64,000 bases of DNA, from assembly GCA_963813335.1 (NCBI GenBank), contig CAWEYL010000001.1:1120001-1184000 (forward strand), in the 5' to 3' direction. This DNA comes from an uncultured Chloroflexia bacterium. GTDB taxonomy: Bacteria; Chloroflexota; Limnocylindria; Limnocylindrales; CSP1-4. Shown here piece by piece: positions 28,578 to 40,409 of this stretch (position 1 is its first letter; the number at the start of each line of letters is the position of its first letter). Below the pieces are notes generated by a model. It made no database searches, was not told the DNA's origin, and saw only the letters and a program-made list of their open reading frames with translations. A program made the translations under genes and the position numbers.

Positions 28578-29605
28578 CCGGATGCTCCGGGCAGCCTCCC
28601 CGCACCAGCCAGCAGCTCGCCGAGCCGCCCGACCTCGACGTTCCCGCCGGACAGGAGCACGGCCACGCGCTCGCCGTCGCGGATCGGGATGCGCCCCGAC
28701 AGCACGGCGGCGATGGCGGCCGCGCCGGCGGGCTCCACCAGCTGCTTGCAGCGCTCCAGCACGAACCACATCCCGGCCAGGATCGTCGCGTCGTCGAGGA
28801 GCACCACGCCGTCGAGGTAGCGGCGCGCCATGGCGAGCGTGTATACCCCGGCGAACGGCGCGCCCAGGCCGTCCGCGACGGTCACCGGGCTGATCGGGAC
28901 GATCTCGTCGCGCTCGAGGGCCAGCGTGAGCGCGTTCGACCCCTCCGGCTCCACGCCATAGACGCGGGTCGATGGCCGGCGGCCCTTGACCGCCGCCGCG
29001 ACCCCGCTGATCAGGCCGCCGCCGCCGACACCCACGACCACGACATCGACGTCGGGCAGGTCGTCGACCAGCTCCAGCCCGGCCGTCCCATGACCGGCGA
29101 TGACGGCCGGGTCATCGAACGGGTGGCAGAAGACCAGTCCCTCCTCGTCGCGGATCCGCTCCGTCTCCAGCACGGCCTCGCCGACGTGCGTGCCGTGGAG
29201 GACGACCCGCGCTCCGTAGCCGATGCACGCGTCCACCTTGGAGCGGACCGCACCGAGCGGCATGACCACCGTGACCGGCACGCCCGCCGCGCGACCGGCC
29301 CACGCGAAGGCGGCGGAGGCATTCCCGGCCGAGTACGTGATCAACCCACGAGCGCGGTCGTCGGGCGACAGCCCGGCCATCTTGTTCGACATGCCGCGCG
29401 CCTTGAAGGAGCCCGTGGCCTGGAGGTTCTCGGCCTTCATGTACAACCGGTCGTCGGCCAGGCGGACGCCGAGCGCGGCCGTCGTCCAGGTCGCGGCCGT
29501 CGTCGAGTGCAGCATCGGGGTGCGCTGCACGAGGTGCTCGATCCGTGCCCGCGCGGCCTCGATCTCGGCGATCTTGACGTCCAGGTCCGCGGTCGGGCTC
29601 GACAT
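28574..29605 (-). CDS. PLP-dependent threonine/serine dehydratase family protein
   Basis: KAENLQATGSFKARG, YSAGN, HPFDD, GVGGGGLISG, VEPAGA, LSGGN. Confidence 0.9.
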   Translation of the reverse strand: MSSPTADLDVKIAEIEAARARIEHLVQRTPMLHSTTAATWTTAALGVRLADDRLYMKAENLQATGSFKARGMSNKMAGLSPDDRARGLITYSAGNASAAFAWAGRAAGVPVTVVMPLGAVRSKVDACIGYGARVVLHGTHVGEAVLETERIRDEEGLVFCHPFDDPAVIAGHGTAGLELVDDLPDVDVVVVGVGGGGLISGVAAAVKGRRPSTRVYGVEPEGSNALTLALERDEIVPISPVTVADGLGAPFAGVYTLAMARRYLDGVVLLDDATILAGMWFVLERCKQLVEPAGAAAIAAVLSGRIPIRDGERVAVLLSGGNVEVGRLGELLAGAGRLPGASG

Positions 29606-29652
29606 GCGCCGGAGTATGGCGCGCGGCCCGCAGATGGGATGCTCGATTTGCG

Positions 29653-29670
29653 CTTGCGTGTTTGCGCAAG
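29653..29670. promoter_or_regulatory. Candidate ArsR operator palindrome CTTGCG-N6-CGCAAG
   Basis: Inverted repeat in an AT-richer patch just upstream of arsR. Confidence 0.4.
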
Positions 29671-29688
29671 TAGGAATACTGTACGGGA

Positions 29689-30000
29689 GTGTTGGATTAC
29701 CTCCCCGTGTCCGCCGAGGTCGATCGCGACCGCTACGCGGCGATCGGTCGAGCCCTGGCGGACCCCAAGCGGCTGTGCGTCCTCGAGTCCCTCGCCATCG
29801 GCGAGCTCTCGGTCAGCGACCTCAGCAACCGGGTCGGGTGCCAGGTCCCCAACATGAGCCAGCACCTCGCGGTGCTGCGCAACGTGGGGCTGGTGACCAG
29901 CCGTCGGGACGGCAACACCATCCTCTACCGCCTCGCGGACCCCCGGGTCCTCGAAGCCTATCGACTCATCCAGGACATCGCCCGCACGTCGGGCACGTAG
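29689..30000 (+). CDS. ArsR/SmtB family transcriptional regulator
   Basis: RALADPKRL, MSQHLAVLRNVGLV..RRDG..YRL. Confidence 0.9.
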   Translation: MLDYLPVSAEVDRDRYAAIGRALADPKRLCVLESLAIGELSVSDLSNRVGCQVPNMSQHLAVLRNVGLVTSRRDGNTILYRLADPRVLEAYRLIQDIARTSGT

Positions 30001-30055
30001 GGCCGGCTCGCCGGCACAGGCATCCCGTATCGGACGGGAGAAGGGATCGAATCAC

Positions 30056-30400
30056 ATGGCGGAGATCAAGGTCGCGACGGACGCGAATTTCGAGGAACTC
30101 GTCCTCAAGGCAGAGCGACCGGTCGTCGTCGACTTCTGGGCCGCCTGGTGCGGGCCCTGCAAGATGGTCGCACCGGAGATGGAGAAGCTCGCCGCGAAGT
30201 ACGACGGCGCCGTCGACGTCGTCAAGGTCGATGTCGACGCGAACCCGCGGCTCTCGCAGGCGTTCAACATCCTCAGCATCCCGACGATCGCGTTCTTCAA
30301 GCCCGGCGCGCAGCCGCAGGGCGTGGTGGGCTTCCGCCCGCTCGAGCAGCTCGAGCAGCAGTTCGGGCTGACGCAGTTCACGGCGGTCGAGGCCGACTGA
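30056..30400 (+). CDS. trxA: Thioredoxin
   Basis: VDFWAAWCGPCK, SIPT. Confidence 0.95.
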   Translation: MAEIKVATDANFEELVLKAERPVVVDFWAAWCGPCKMVAPEMEKLAAKYDGAVDVVKVDVDANPRLSQAFNILSIPTIAFFKPGAQPQGVVGFRPLEQLEQQFGLTQFTAVEAD

Positions 30401-30497
30401 CCTCGGCCCTAGGCCACGGGCCCTGCGAAGCCCGAACCCCGCTCCTCCTCTCGAGGACGACCCCGGTCCCACGGATCGGGGTCGTTCGATTCCCGGG

Positions 30498-30813
30498 TCA
30501 GTCCGCCGTCGCGTGCCGCACGGCGAAGCCGAGCCAGGCCACGGCGCGGTCGATCGCGTGGTCGTCGAGCTCGGCCGGCTCGAAGCGGACCCATTCGGGT
30601 CCGCGCGGCGAGGCGGTCGTGTCGGGCGTCCGGATCGCGGCCCCGGCGACGGCCTTCGACAAGCCGGAACTCGGCGGCGGCACCCGTCGCGGCCGACGAC
30701 GGCGACGGTCGTGCCGCCGGCGACGTAGGTCACGGCGCCGTCGGCGCCCGATCGTCGTCGACGACCTCGTCGACCCCTTCGGCCGACTCGGCCAGGGCAT
30801 CCCGCAGCGTCAC
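30498..30813 (-). CDS. Small hypothetical protein (apparently broken by indels at about 30660-30760)
   Basis: GTGA-coupled start VTLRDALAE, middle TYVAGGTTVAVV and C-terminal PDTTASPRGPEWVRF..AVAWL lie in different frames. Confidence 0.5.
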
Positions 30814-31293
30814 GTCGCCGCGGCGGCCAGGATCGCCCGCAGGTCGTCCATGTGCTCGTGGTAGTGGTCGATGGTCTGCGTGTCGAAGCTCTCCATGTGG
30901 ACCGGGTTCTTGATCCAGCGCGCCTCGGGGACGACCGTCAGGTAGCCGCGCAGCTCGCCGGGCTGGGTCCGGAACTGCTCGCGCAGGTCGGCCATCGACA
31001 GCGCCGCCCACTGCGCCTGGAGCTCCGCGTTCACGACCTCGCCACCGCGGGTGTCCCAGTCCACCTCGGCGCGATCGATGGCCGGGCTGGTCTCGTTGAC
31101 CGCCAGCTCCTTGGCGACCTCCAGCGAGAGGCCCTGCCACGCGAGCATGTGGCCCATCAGGTCGCGACCGGACCAGCCGTGGGCGGCCTCGACCGGCGGT
31201 CTCGAGCTGCTCGTCGGTCAGGGCCGCCAGCGCCTCGAACGGCGCCCAGGCCTCGTGCTCCTCCTCGAGGAACTCCATCGCATCGAGATACAT
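30810..31293 (-). CDS. DinB-superfamily four-helix-bundle protein (frameshift near 31200)
   Basis: MYLDAMEFLEEE.. then GWSGRDLMGHMLAWQ..DHYHEH in a second frame. Confidence 0.7.
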
Positions 31294-31339
31294 GCCGGCA
31301 TGGTAGCCGCGCCGGACCGGGCTGCGACGTGGCGCCCCG

Positions 31340-33043
<1,704 letters not shown>

Positions 33044-33066
33044 GGCCGCGACTCTAGCACGACCGC

Positions 33067-33648
33067 TCAGCCGTTCCCGAACGCCGCGATGGCCTCCTGG
33101 ATGCGGTCCTCGGGCAGGTCGTTGGTGATCACGACGTTGACGATGTCGGGGTCCGCCGACGGCCAGGTGACGACGCTCTGCAGCCGCTCGCCGGTCTTGG
33201 TGTCGAGGCGCCGGGCGTGCCGCCCGGCGATCGTCGGCGAGGAGACGCCCAGGATCTCGGTCCGGCTGGCGGCATCGGCACTCGAGGCGTAGAAGTCGCC
33301 GATCATATCGGCCGTCAGGCCCGGGGCGCTGAAGACCGCCAGCGCCGCGGTCCGCTCCGCCCCGAAGGACCAGGTCCCGCCGCCGAACCGCAGCTCGTCG
33401 ATGCCGGCCGCGGTCAGGGTCCCCATCGCTTCGGGCGAGCAGTTGCGCCCCGAATCGAGGCTCCCGGGCGCGGCGTCATGGAAGGTCTTGGGGACGCGTG
33501 CCTCGAGCTCGGGGTAGGCGCCGGGGGCCGATCCGTCGGCGGTGCAGAGGCCGGTCGGGTCGAACGATGCCGCCGGCGGCCCGGAACAGCCGGCGACCAC
33601 GAGCAGCACGAACAGGAGGGTGGCGACGAGGCCGGACCTGGGAAGCAC
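33067..33648 (-). CDS. Hypothetical lipoprotein
   Basis: LVATLLFVLLVVAGC lipobox-like signal; two further Cys. Confidence 0.65.
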   Translation of the reverse strand: MLPRSGLVATLLFVLLVVAGCSGPPAASFDPTGLCTADGSAPGAYPELEARVPKTFHDAAPGSLDSGRNCSPEAMGTLTAAGIDELRFGGGTWSFGAERTAALAVFSAPGLTADMIGDFYASSADAASRTEILGVSSPTIAGRHARRLDTKTGERLQSVVTWPSADPDIVNVVITNDLPEDRIQEAIAAFGNG

Positions 33649-33783
33649 GGACGGAAGCGTACCCGTGCTCGGCCGAGCGTGCCCGCAGCGGGGTGGTGCG
33701 CCGCCGCACCTGGTACGGGCGTCCCGGGGTGGTGCGTCCACGCGCCCGACCATCGACCCTGTCCGCGGGGGACAAGGGTGCCA

Positions 33784-33812
33784 TTGCTCCCCTGCTCGTC
33801 GGGACCTAGTGT
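33784..33812 (+). promoter_or_regulatory. Sigma70-type promoter TTGCTC-N17-TAGTGT
   Basis: Canonical spacing; no credible plus-strand CDS downstream. Confidence 0.55.
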
Positions 33813-33816
33813 TCTG

Positions 33817-34047
33817 GGTACGCCGACCCGCGATCGAACCGGGAACTTCCTGGGGCGTCGGTCACGGAACAGGAAACGGCCCTTCGTTCTGAGGATGGTT
33901 CGGAGCGAGGGATCCCGGATCCAGTTCACGAGCCGAATAACTGGACATCGGCCAACAGGCCTGGTGGACCGTCGGGACGGCAGCGCTTATCGCTCGGTCA
34001 TCTCTAATCAGCGGATAGAACGCCCTCCGGCTATCGGGGGGCGTTCT
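33817..34047 (+). ncRNA. Candidate structured small RNA (~230 nt), family not recognised
   Basis: Upstream promoter; hairpins at 33881-33911, 33920-33945, ~33946-33966 and terminal 34017-34047; G-U pairs favour the + strand; lower GC than flanks. Confidence 0.5.
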
Positions 34048-34092
34048 CGCGTCCGGCGACAGGTCGGACGTCGACGCGACGGCCGCCCAGGG

Positions 34093-34822
34093 TCAGGCGG
34101 AGCGGCCGGGACGCACCCGCTCCGGCTCCGGGCGGGCACGGCGGTGGATCCCCCGCCGGTCGAGATCGGCCTGGACGACGCGGGCGGCCGACACGAGCTC
34201 CGGGTCGCGGGTCACGGTCCCGCTGAGCCAGTCGATGTACGACGGCTCGAAGGACGGCGATCTGGCCCAGCGTGTGCCCGTGGAACTTGCCGAACTCCAC
34301 CGGGTACACGTTCGCCTCCTCGAGCGACGGGGGCGGCCGGCGCCGGAAGTGGCGGACGCGGTCCTTGATCAGCGGCCCGGTCGGGGTGGAGGCCCGCGGC
34401 GGCTCGCCTCCGACCGACTCCGGGCGGGGCGGCGGCTGGCCGGGGAGCGTCGTCCGCGGAGCGCCGTGCGCGGCCGCCTGGTTGCGCGCCCGGTACGTGG
34501 CGCTCATGTCGACCCGCCCGGTCACCGGGCGCGTCGGCTTCGGCCGCGGCGGGCCGCCGCGCTTCGGGCGCGCGTCCTCGTCGAAGGTGGCCGGCTCGCC
34601 CGCGCGATCGGCCGCGGACCGTCCCGCCGCGTCGCGGGTCAGCGCCGCGTACGCGTCGTTGATCTCCGCCATCTGGCGGGTCGCGATGCGCGACAGGGCC
34701 GGGTCGTCGCCGGTGAGGTCCGGGTGGTGGGCGCGGGCGAGACGGCGCCAGGCTGCCTTGATCTCGGTCGCCGAGGCGTCACGTCCGACGCCCAGGACCT
34801 CGTGCGGATCGCGCTTCGCCAC
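34093..34822 (-). CDS. J-domain (DnaJ-like) protein with C-terminal FGK-motif domain (frameshift near 34250)
   Basis: DPHEVLGV..IKAAWRRLARAHHPD..MAEINDAYAAL; C-terminal FGKFHGHTLGQIA / FEPSYIDWL. Confidence 0.8.
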
Positions 34823-34876
34823 GTGCTGAGTGTACGGCGCTTGACAGGTCCGTCGGTCGTGGCGTCCCCTTGCGGC

Positions 34877-36000
34877 ATGGGTTCCGTCCGACGCGCCGGG
34901 TTGCTCGCGGCCCTCGCCGCCGCGCCGGTCGGGCTCGCGTACCGGTTCGCGCTGGCGTACCGCGTCCGCGCCGGCTATCCGCGCCGCGACCCGGCCCGGG
35001 TCATGCCCGACGCGCGCGGATTGCCCTACGAGGAGACGACGGTCCGCTCGGCGGGCCTGGACCTGCCGGCGTGGTTCATCCCGGCCCGCGACGGCGCCCC
35101 CGGACCGGGCATGGTCCTGGTCCATGGCTGGGAGTCCGCGCGCGACCGTACGCTGCCCATGGCGCAGTTCCTCCACGCCGCGGGCTTCCACTGCCTGGCC
35201 TTCGACGTGCGCGGGCACGGCGGCAACCCGCCCGAGGAGCTGCCGCTGACCGCCGGCGAGTTCGGCCTCGACACGGTCGCCGCGTTCACCACGCTGCTCC
35301 AGCGGCCCGAGGTGACCGCCGGCGGCGTGGCCGGCCATTCGATGGGCGGGATCGGGGCGATCCTCGCGGCCGCGGCCGACCCGCGGATCGCCGTGCTGAT
35401 CGCGACCTCGTCACCCGCCGACCCGTGGCGCCTGACCCGAGAGACCTTCCGCCTCGCCCACCTGCCCATCCCCGACCCGATCGCCTATCCGCTCGCCTGG
35501 CTCACCTCGCGCGTCTACCTGCGCCCGCGCGGCCACCAGGTGACCGAGGTCAGCGCCTCGGCAGCGATCGCCCGGTACCGCGGCCCGATCCTGCTCGCCC
35601 ACGGCTCCGACGACGCGGTGGTCCCCGCCTCGCACATGGCGCGGCTGGCGGCGGCAGCGCGCGCCGGGCGGACCGGCGCGGCCGACGCGCCCGCGACCCC
35701 CATCGAGACGCTCATGGTGCGATGGCGGCCAGCACTCGTGGCTGTACGAGTTCCCCGAGTACCGGCGCACGGTGGCCTCGTTCGCCGCGCGGGCGCTGGG
35801 CGGCCCGCTGACGCCCGACGCCGCGGGCGAGGCGGCGGCGGCCGTCCCCGCCGAGCGGCTGCCCGAGGCCGAGCAGCGCTTCTCGACGATCGAGGACAGT
35901 CCCGGCGGCTTCCGGACGCTCGCGCAGGTCGCGCTGCCGGGGGCCACGCAAGCCGATCGTCCGGCCGGAGCCGGACGCGGCCGGCGACGCCGCGCCATGA
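34877..36000 (+). CDS. Alpha/beta hydrolase (frameshift near 35720; 3' end uncertain)
   Basis: LVHGWES, FDVRGHG, GHSMGG, HGSDDAVVP; catalytic His (GGQHSWL) lies in the shifted frame. Confidence 0.75.
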
Positions 36001-36539
36001 CCACGTCCGCCGCCGACGGACCGGTCTGGTCGGCGATCAGGACCCGTCGCGCGATCCGCGCCTTCGCCGACCGGCCGCTGGAGCCCGCCCATCTCGAGCG
36101 GATCCTCAACGCCGGCCGCCGGGCCGGCTCGTCCAAGAACCAGCAGCGCTGGGCGTTCATCGTCTGCCGCGACCGCGACCGCCTGCGGGCGCTCTCGAAG
36201 GTGGGGCCGTGGGCCGGCCACCTCGCCGGCGCCGCGGTCGGGATCGCCCTCGTGACGCCGGACCCGTACCGCCCGGACGCCCCGCTGTCGATCCTGTTCG
36301 ACCTCGGCCAGGCCGCCGGGAACATGATGCTGGCGGCGTGGGAGCTCGGGATCGGCAGCGTCCCCGCCACGGTCTACGAGCACGACGCGGCGCGCGCGAT
36401 CCTGGGCTACCCCGACGACCGGCGCTGCGAGTACATCCTCTCGTTCGGCTATCCGGCCGAGCCGGGCGACCTCACCAGGCCGCCGGCCGCGGGCGGCCGG
36501 GCGCCGCTCGGCGAACTCGTCCACGAGGAGCGCTGGTAG
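35997..36539 (+). CDS. Nitroreductase family protein
   Basis: AIRTRRAIRAF, AGSSKNQQRW, DLGQAAGNMMLAAWELGIGS, FGYP. Confidence 0.88.
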   Translation: MTTSAADGPVWSAIRTRRAIRAFADRPLEPAHLERILNAGRRAGSSKNQQRWAFIVCRDRDRLRALSKVGPWAGHLAGAAVGIALVTPDPYRPDAPLSILFDLGQAAGNMMLAAWELGIGSVPATVYEHDAARAILGYPDDRRCEYILSFGYPAEPGDLTRPPAAGGRAPLGELVHEERW

Positions 36540-36545
36540 GCCGCC

Positions 36546-37642
36546 CTACTGCCACTGGAACTTGCGCGACGCGATCCCGAAGCAGACCACGAGCCATCCG
36601 ATCAGCACCGCGGCGCACACCCACAGCGGCGCGAACGGCGTCCCGCCGACCATCACCTGGCGCAGGGCATCGGCGAGGTACGTCAGCGGGATGAGCCGCG
36701 CGATCGCCTGCAGGAACGGCGGCATCTGGTCGATCTGGAAGAAGGCGCCCGAGAGGAACATCATCGGGAACTGGATCATGCTGGTCATGCCGTTGGCGGC
36801 ATCCTCGGTCTTGGCGAACGAGGCGATCACGTAGCCGAGCGCGAGGAACGTCACCGCGCCGAGCACCACGAACATGAACGTCACGACCATCGAGCCGACG
36901 ATCTCGACCCCGAACGCGAGCGTCCCGACCGCGACGATGATGATCGTCTGGACGAGCGCGATCAGCAGCCGCATCAGCACGTTCGAGCCCACGAGCTGCC
37001 AGCGCTGCAGCGGCGTGGCGGCGAGCCGCTTGAGGATGAGCTTCTCGCGGTCCGCCACCAGCGGGATCGCGGCGAAGATGCCGACCTGCATGACCGACAG
37101 GCCGAGCATGCTCGGGACGAAGTAGCTGATGAAGTTGAGGTCGTCCGACTGCACGGCCTGCGCCTGGGGCAGGACCAGCGGCGGCTGTCCCCGCAGGTTG
37201 ACCACGCCGAGCACGGTCCCCACGGCCTGGTAGACCTGACCGGTCACCTCGCTCCGGGACGGGTCCGTGTAGACCGTGATCGACGCGGGGGTCGCGGACG
37301 TGCCGGCGGTGCCCGCCGCGATGCTCGCGCCGTAGCCGGCCGGGACCCCGATGACCGCGGCGAGCTTGCCGTCGTTCATCTTGGCGATGGCCTCGTCCTT
37401 CGTCGCATCGACGAGCGTGACGCCCTGGAGCGCCGCGAACCCGGTGCGCAGCTTGCGCCGCGGCCGCGGAGCCGTCCTCGTCCGCCCAGCCGAGCGTGAT
37501 GTTCGACGTGCCGCTGCCCTGGAAGATGAGCCCGAACATCACGATGAAGACGATGCGGGAAGGCCAGCGTCCAGAAGAGCGCGGCACGGTCGCGCGTGTA
37601 GCTCCGGATGTTGGCGAGGGTCAGCTGCAGGAGGGCGTGCAT
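36546..37642 (-). CDS. ABC-2 exporter permease (two frameshifts at about 37555 and 37450)
   Basis: RDRAALFWTLAFP N-terminus; DREKLILKRLAATP; FLSGAFF; PLTYLADALR. Confidence 0.85.
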
Positions 37643-37652
37643 CAGGCGGCCG

Positions 37653-38615
37653 TCAGTCCCGCAGCGCCCGGCCGGTCAGGTCGAGGAAGACGTCTTCGAG
37701 GGTCGCCCGCCGGACGCCCAGGTTCTGCGGCTCGACACCGCGCGCCTCGCACAGCGCCAGCAGGGCGCCGATCGTCGCCGCGACATCCGGCGTGTACAGC
37801 AGGGCCTCGCCGTCGTCGAACTTGACCGACGAGACGGCCGGCAGTGCGACGAGGTCGGCTTCGGACAGGGCGTCGATGGCGTCGAAGCGGACGGCGCGCT
37901 CCTTGAACCGCTTGGAGACCAGCTCCTCGACCGTGCCCATCTCGAGGATGTGCCCGTGGTCCATGATCGCGAGGCGGTCGCACAGGATCTCCGCCTCCTC
38001 CATGTAGTGCGTCGTCAGCAGCACCGAGCGGCCTCGCGCCTTGAGCCCGAGGACGAGGTCCCACAGGGAGCGGCGGGCGGCCGGGTCGAGGCCGGTCGTC
38101 GGCTCGTCGAGGAAGACCAGCTCCGGGTCGTTGACCAGCGCGAGGGCGACCGCCAGGCGCTGCCGCTGGCCGCCCGACAGCTCGCTGGTCCGCGCGTCGC
38201 GCCGCTCGCCGAGCTCGAGCGCATCGATCAGCTCCTGGGTCGGACGCGGGTTCGAGTAGAAGGCGCGGAAGAGGTCGATGACCTCGGTGACGGTCAGCTT
38301 GGGGTAGAGCGCCGCCGTCTGGAGGCTCACGCCGATGCGCGGCTTCAGCCCGTCCGCGCCCTTCGTGACGTCGATGCCCAGCACCGATGCCTGGCCAGCG
38401 TCGGGCTTGCGCAGCCCCTCGAGGATCTCGACCGTCGTGGTCTTCCCGGCCCCGTTGGGGCCCAGCAACCCGAAGACCTCGCCGGGTCGGACGTCGAAGT
38501 CGATGCCGTCGACGGCGGCGAGGTCGCCGTAGCGCTTCACCAGCCCGCGGACGCGGACGACGGGATCGTTCGGGAGCGCGGCCACCTGGCCAGCCGCCGG
38601 GGAGTTCGACTGCAT
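37653..38615 (-). CDS. ABC exporter ATP-binding protein
   Basis: GPNGAGKTT, LSGGQRQR, FLDEPTTGLDP. Confidence 0.93.
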   Translation of the reverse strand: MQSNSPAAGQVAALPNDPVVRVRGLVKRYGDLAAVDGIDFDVRPGEVFGLLGPNGAGKTTTVEILEGLRKPDAGQASVLGIDVTKGADGLKPRIGVSLQTAALYPKLTVTEVIDLFRAFYSNPRPTQELIDALELGERRDARTSELSGGQRQRLAVALALVNDPELVFLDEPTTGLDPAARRSLWDLVLGLKARGRSVLLTTHYMEEAEILCDRLAIMDHGHILEMGTVEELVSKRFKERAVRFDAIDALSEADLVALPAVSSVKFDDGEALLYTPDVAATIGALLALCEARGVEPQNLGVRRATLEDVFLDLTGRALRD

Positions 38616-38650
38616 GGCCCCGAATGGTGCCAGACGAGCGGGCGGGACGC

Positions 38651-39997
38651 TCAGCCGGCCGCGGCGTCGGGCGTGTCGAGGCCGCCGGACCAGTCGATGT
38701 CGAGGGCGATGGTGGAGTCGGCGCTCCGGTCATCCTCGGGCGCGGGCGCCCCGAGGCGGAGGTACGCCTCGATCGCGGCCTCGAGGCCGACGTCGCGGCC
38801 CGCCAGCTCGGAGAGGATCCACTTCTCCTCGAGCACGTCGCAGTAGGCCTGCAGCGGGTCGCGCTTGGCGCCGACCGTGGGGAGGATGGCCTCGAGGCTC
38901 GGCTCGAGCACGTCGCGCAGCCAGCGGTCGGCGGCCTCCTGCTCGGACACCGGCCGCCGGTCGTACGACTCCAGCCACGCCCGGTACTCGCGCAGGTCGT
39001 TGAGCAGCAGGCGGGCCTGGCCCTCGAGCGCGACGAGCCCGGTCAGGCGCTCCAGCTGGTGGGCGTGGAAGCGGCGGTTGGTGACGGCGACCCGCAGCTC
39101 CACGGTCCCGCCGCCGGCGCCGGTCGGCTCGAGGTTGATCTCGTCGACCGCGAAGCCCAGGTCGTTGAGCCGCCGGATGCGCGCCCGGACGGCGTGCCGG
39201 TCGGTCGGCGAGACCTCGGGGACGATGTGGAGCTCCTCCCACAGCGAGCTGTACCGCGTCCGCACGGTCTCGGCGGCGGCGACCGCGTCGTCGAAGGCGT
39301 CCGAGCGTCCCTGCAGCGCCGCGACGTCGGCCAGCCCGAAGGCCACGTTCTCGACGAGGATCTCGAGGTCGTACGCTCGCTGCCCGTCCGACAACGACGG
39401 GTGGATCTCGCTGGTCTCCGCGTCGACGAGGAACGCCTGGATCTTGTCGCCGTCCCGGCGGAACAGCGTGTTGGCGAGCGAGCAGTCGCCCCAGAAGACC
39501 CCGGCGCGGTGCAGGTCGATGAGCAGCCACGCCATCGCATCGAGCAGCCGGTCGCGATACGGGCCCGGGCCGAGCGGGAAGCGCATCAGCAGGCGGCGGT
39601 ACTGGATCGAATACGCGAGGTACTCGGTCATGAGGATGGCGGACGAGCGCTCCGGGGATTCGGCGAGCCCGACCGCGGTCACGGCCGGGAGGCCCATCGA
39701 CTCGAGATGGCGCAGGACGTCGAACTCCGTCGCCGCGACGCCGAGCGGCTCCTCCTTGAGGGCATAGGTCCGGCCGCTCGCCACGAGGAAGCGGACGAGG
39801 TGCCGCGACGGCCCGACCGGGTACTCCTTGAAATGGAGGGCATCCGAGGTCCAGTCGGCCAGCGGGCGCTCCCACGGCAGGTCCAGCAGCGCCCCGGCGC
39901 CGTCGCGCAGCCGGAGCCTCGGGAAGACCGGCTCGATGAGCGGCTCGGTCAGGGCGTCAGAGCTTCTTGCGGAGGTACGCGGTGACGGTGGCGTCAT
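38651..39997 (-). CDS. DUF4032-domain / LPS-kinase-like protein (start uncertain, possibly near 39950)
   Basis: LLDLPWERPL, SRHLVRF, LHRAGVFWGDCSLANTLFRRD, LVDAET, QARLLLNDL, LEEKWILSE. Confidence 0.85.
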   Translation of the reverse strand: MTPPSPRTSARSSDALTEPLIEPVFPRLRLRDGAGALLDLPWERPLADWTSDALHFKEYPVGPSRHLVRFLVASGRTYALKEEPLGVAATEFDVLRHLESMGLPAVTAVGLAESPERSSAILMTEYLAYSIQYRRLLMRFPLGPGPYRDRLLDAMAWLLIDLHRAGVFWGDCSLANTLFRRDGDKIQAFLVDAETSEIHPSLSDGQRAYDLEILVENVAFGLADVAALQGRSDAFDDAVAAAETVRTRYSSLWEELHIVPEVSPTDRHAVRARIRRLNDLGFAVDEINLEPTGAGGGTVELRVAVTNRRFHAHQLERLTGLVALEGQARLLLNDLREYRAWLESYDRRPVSEQEAADRWLRDVLEPSLEAILPTVGAKRDPLQAYCDVLEEKWILSELAGRDVGLEAAIEAYLRLGAPAPEDDRSADSTIALDIDWSGGLDTPDAAAG

Positions 39998-40409
39998 AGC
40001 CGAGCGATTCGTACAGGTGGCGCGCCTCGGGCCGGTGGTGGCCGGCGGTGATCTCGACGAATGCCGCGCCGAGCTCGGTCCCGATGCGCTCCGCCTCGGC
40101 CATCAGCGTCCGCCCGACGCCGCGCTCCCGGGCGCCCGCGTCGACCACGAGCGCGAGGACGCGCAGGATCCGGTCGTCGTGCTCGAAGCGCGGCAGCGCG
40201 TGGACGGCGATGAAGCCCAGGATGGCGCCGTCGTGCTCGGCCACGACCACCCGCGAGTGGGGCGAGGCGAAACGCTCGAGCCGGGCCACGATGTCGCTCG
40301 GCCCGGCCGGGTAGCCCTCGTCGGTGAAGAGCTGGGCGATCTCGTCGGCATCGTCGGGGCCGGCCGGGCGAAGGGCGACGGGAGGACGGTCGGTCGCGTG
40401 ATCGGTCAT
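39957..40409 (-). CDS. GNAT N-acetyltransferase
   Basis: LVVDAGARERGVGRTLM; HLYESLGY. Confidence 0.85.
   Translation of the reverse strand: MTDHATDRPPVALRPAGPDDADEIAQLFTDEGYPAGPSDIVARLERFASPHSRVVVAEHDGAILGFIAVHALPRFEHDDRILRVLALVVDAGARERGVGRTLMAEAERIGTELGAAFVEITAGHHRPEARHLYESLGYDATVTAYLRKKL

Noticed and set aside
33815-33850. tRNA-like T-arm on the minus strand (CCCGGTTCGATCGCGGG...ACCCA)
   Set aside because: No D or anticodon arms and the closing pair is mismatched; the promoter and G-U pairs point to a plus-strand RNA.
33650-34047. Cobalamin riboswitch for the nearby B12 mutase
   Set aside because: The conserved B12-box and GCCACTG elements were not found, and the mutase appears leaderless.
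35772-36539. Hydrolase-nitroreductase fusion
   Set aside because: The ATGA at 35997-36000 looks like ordinary stop/start coupling in an indel-rich region; fusion is not supported without reads.
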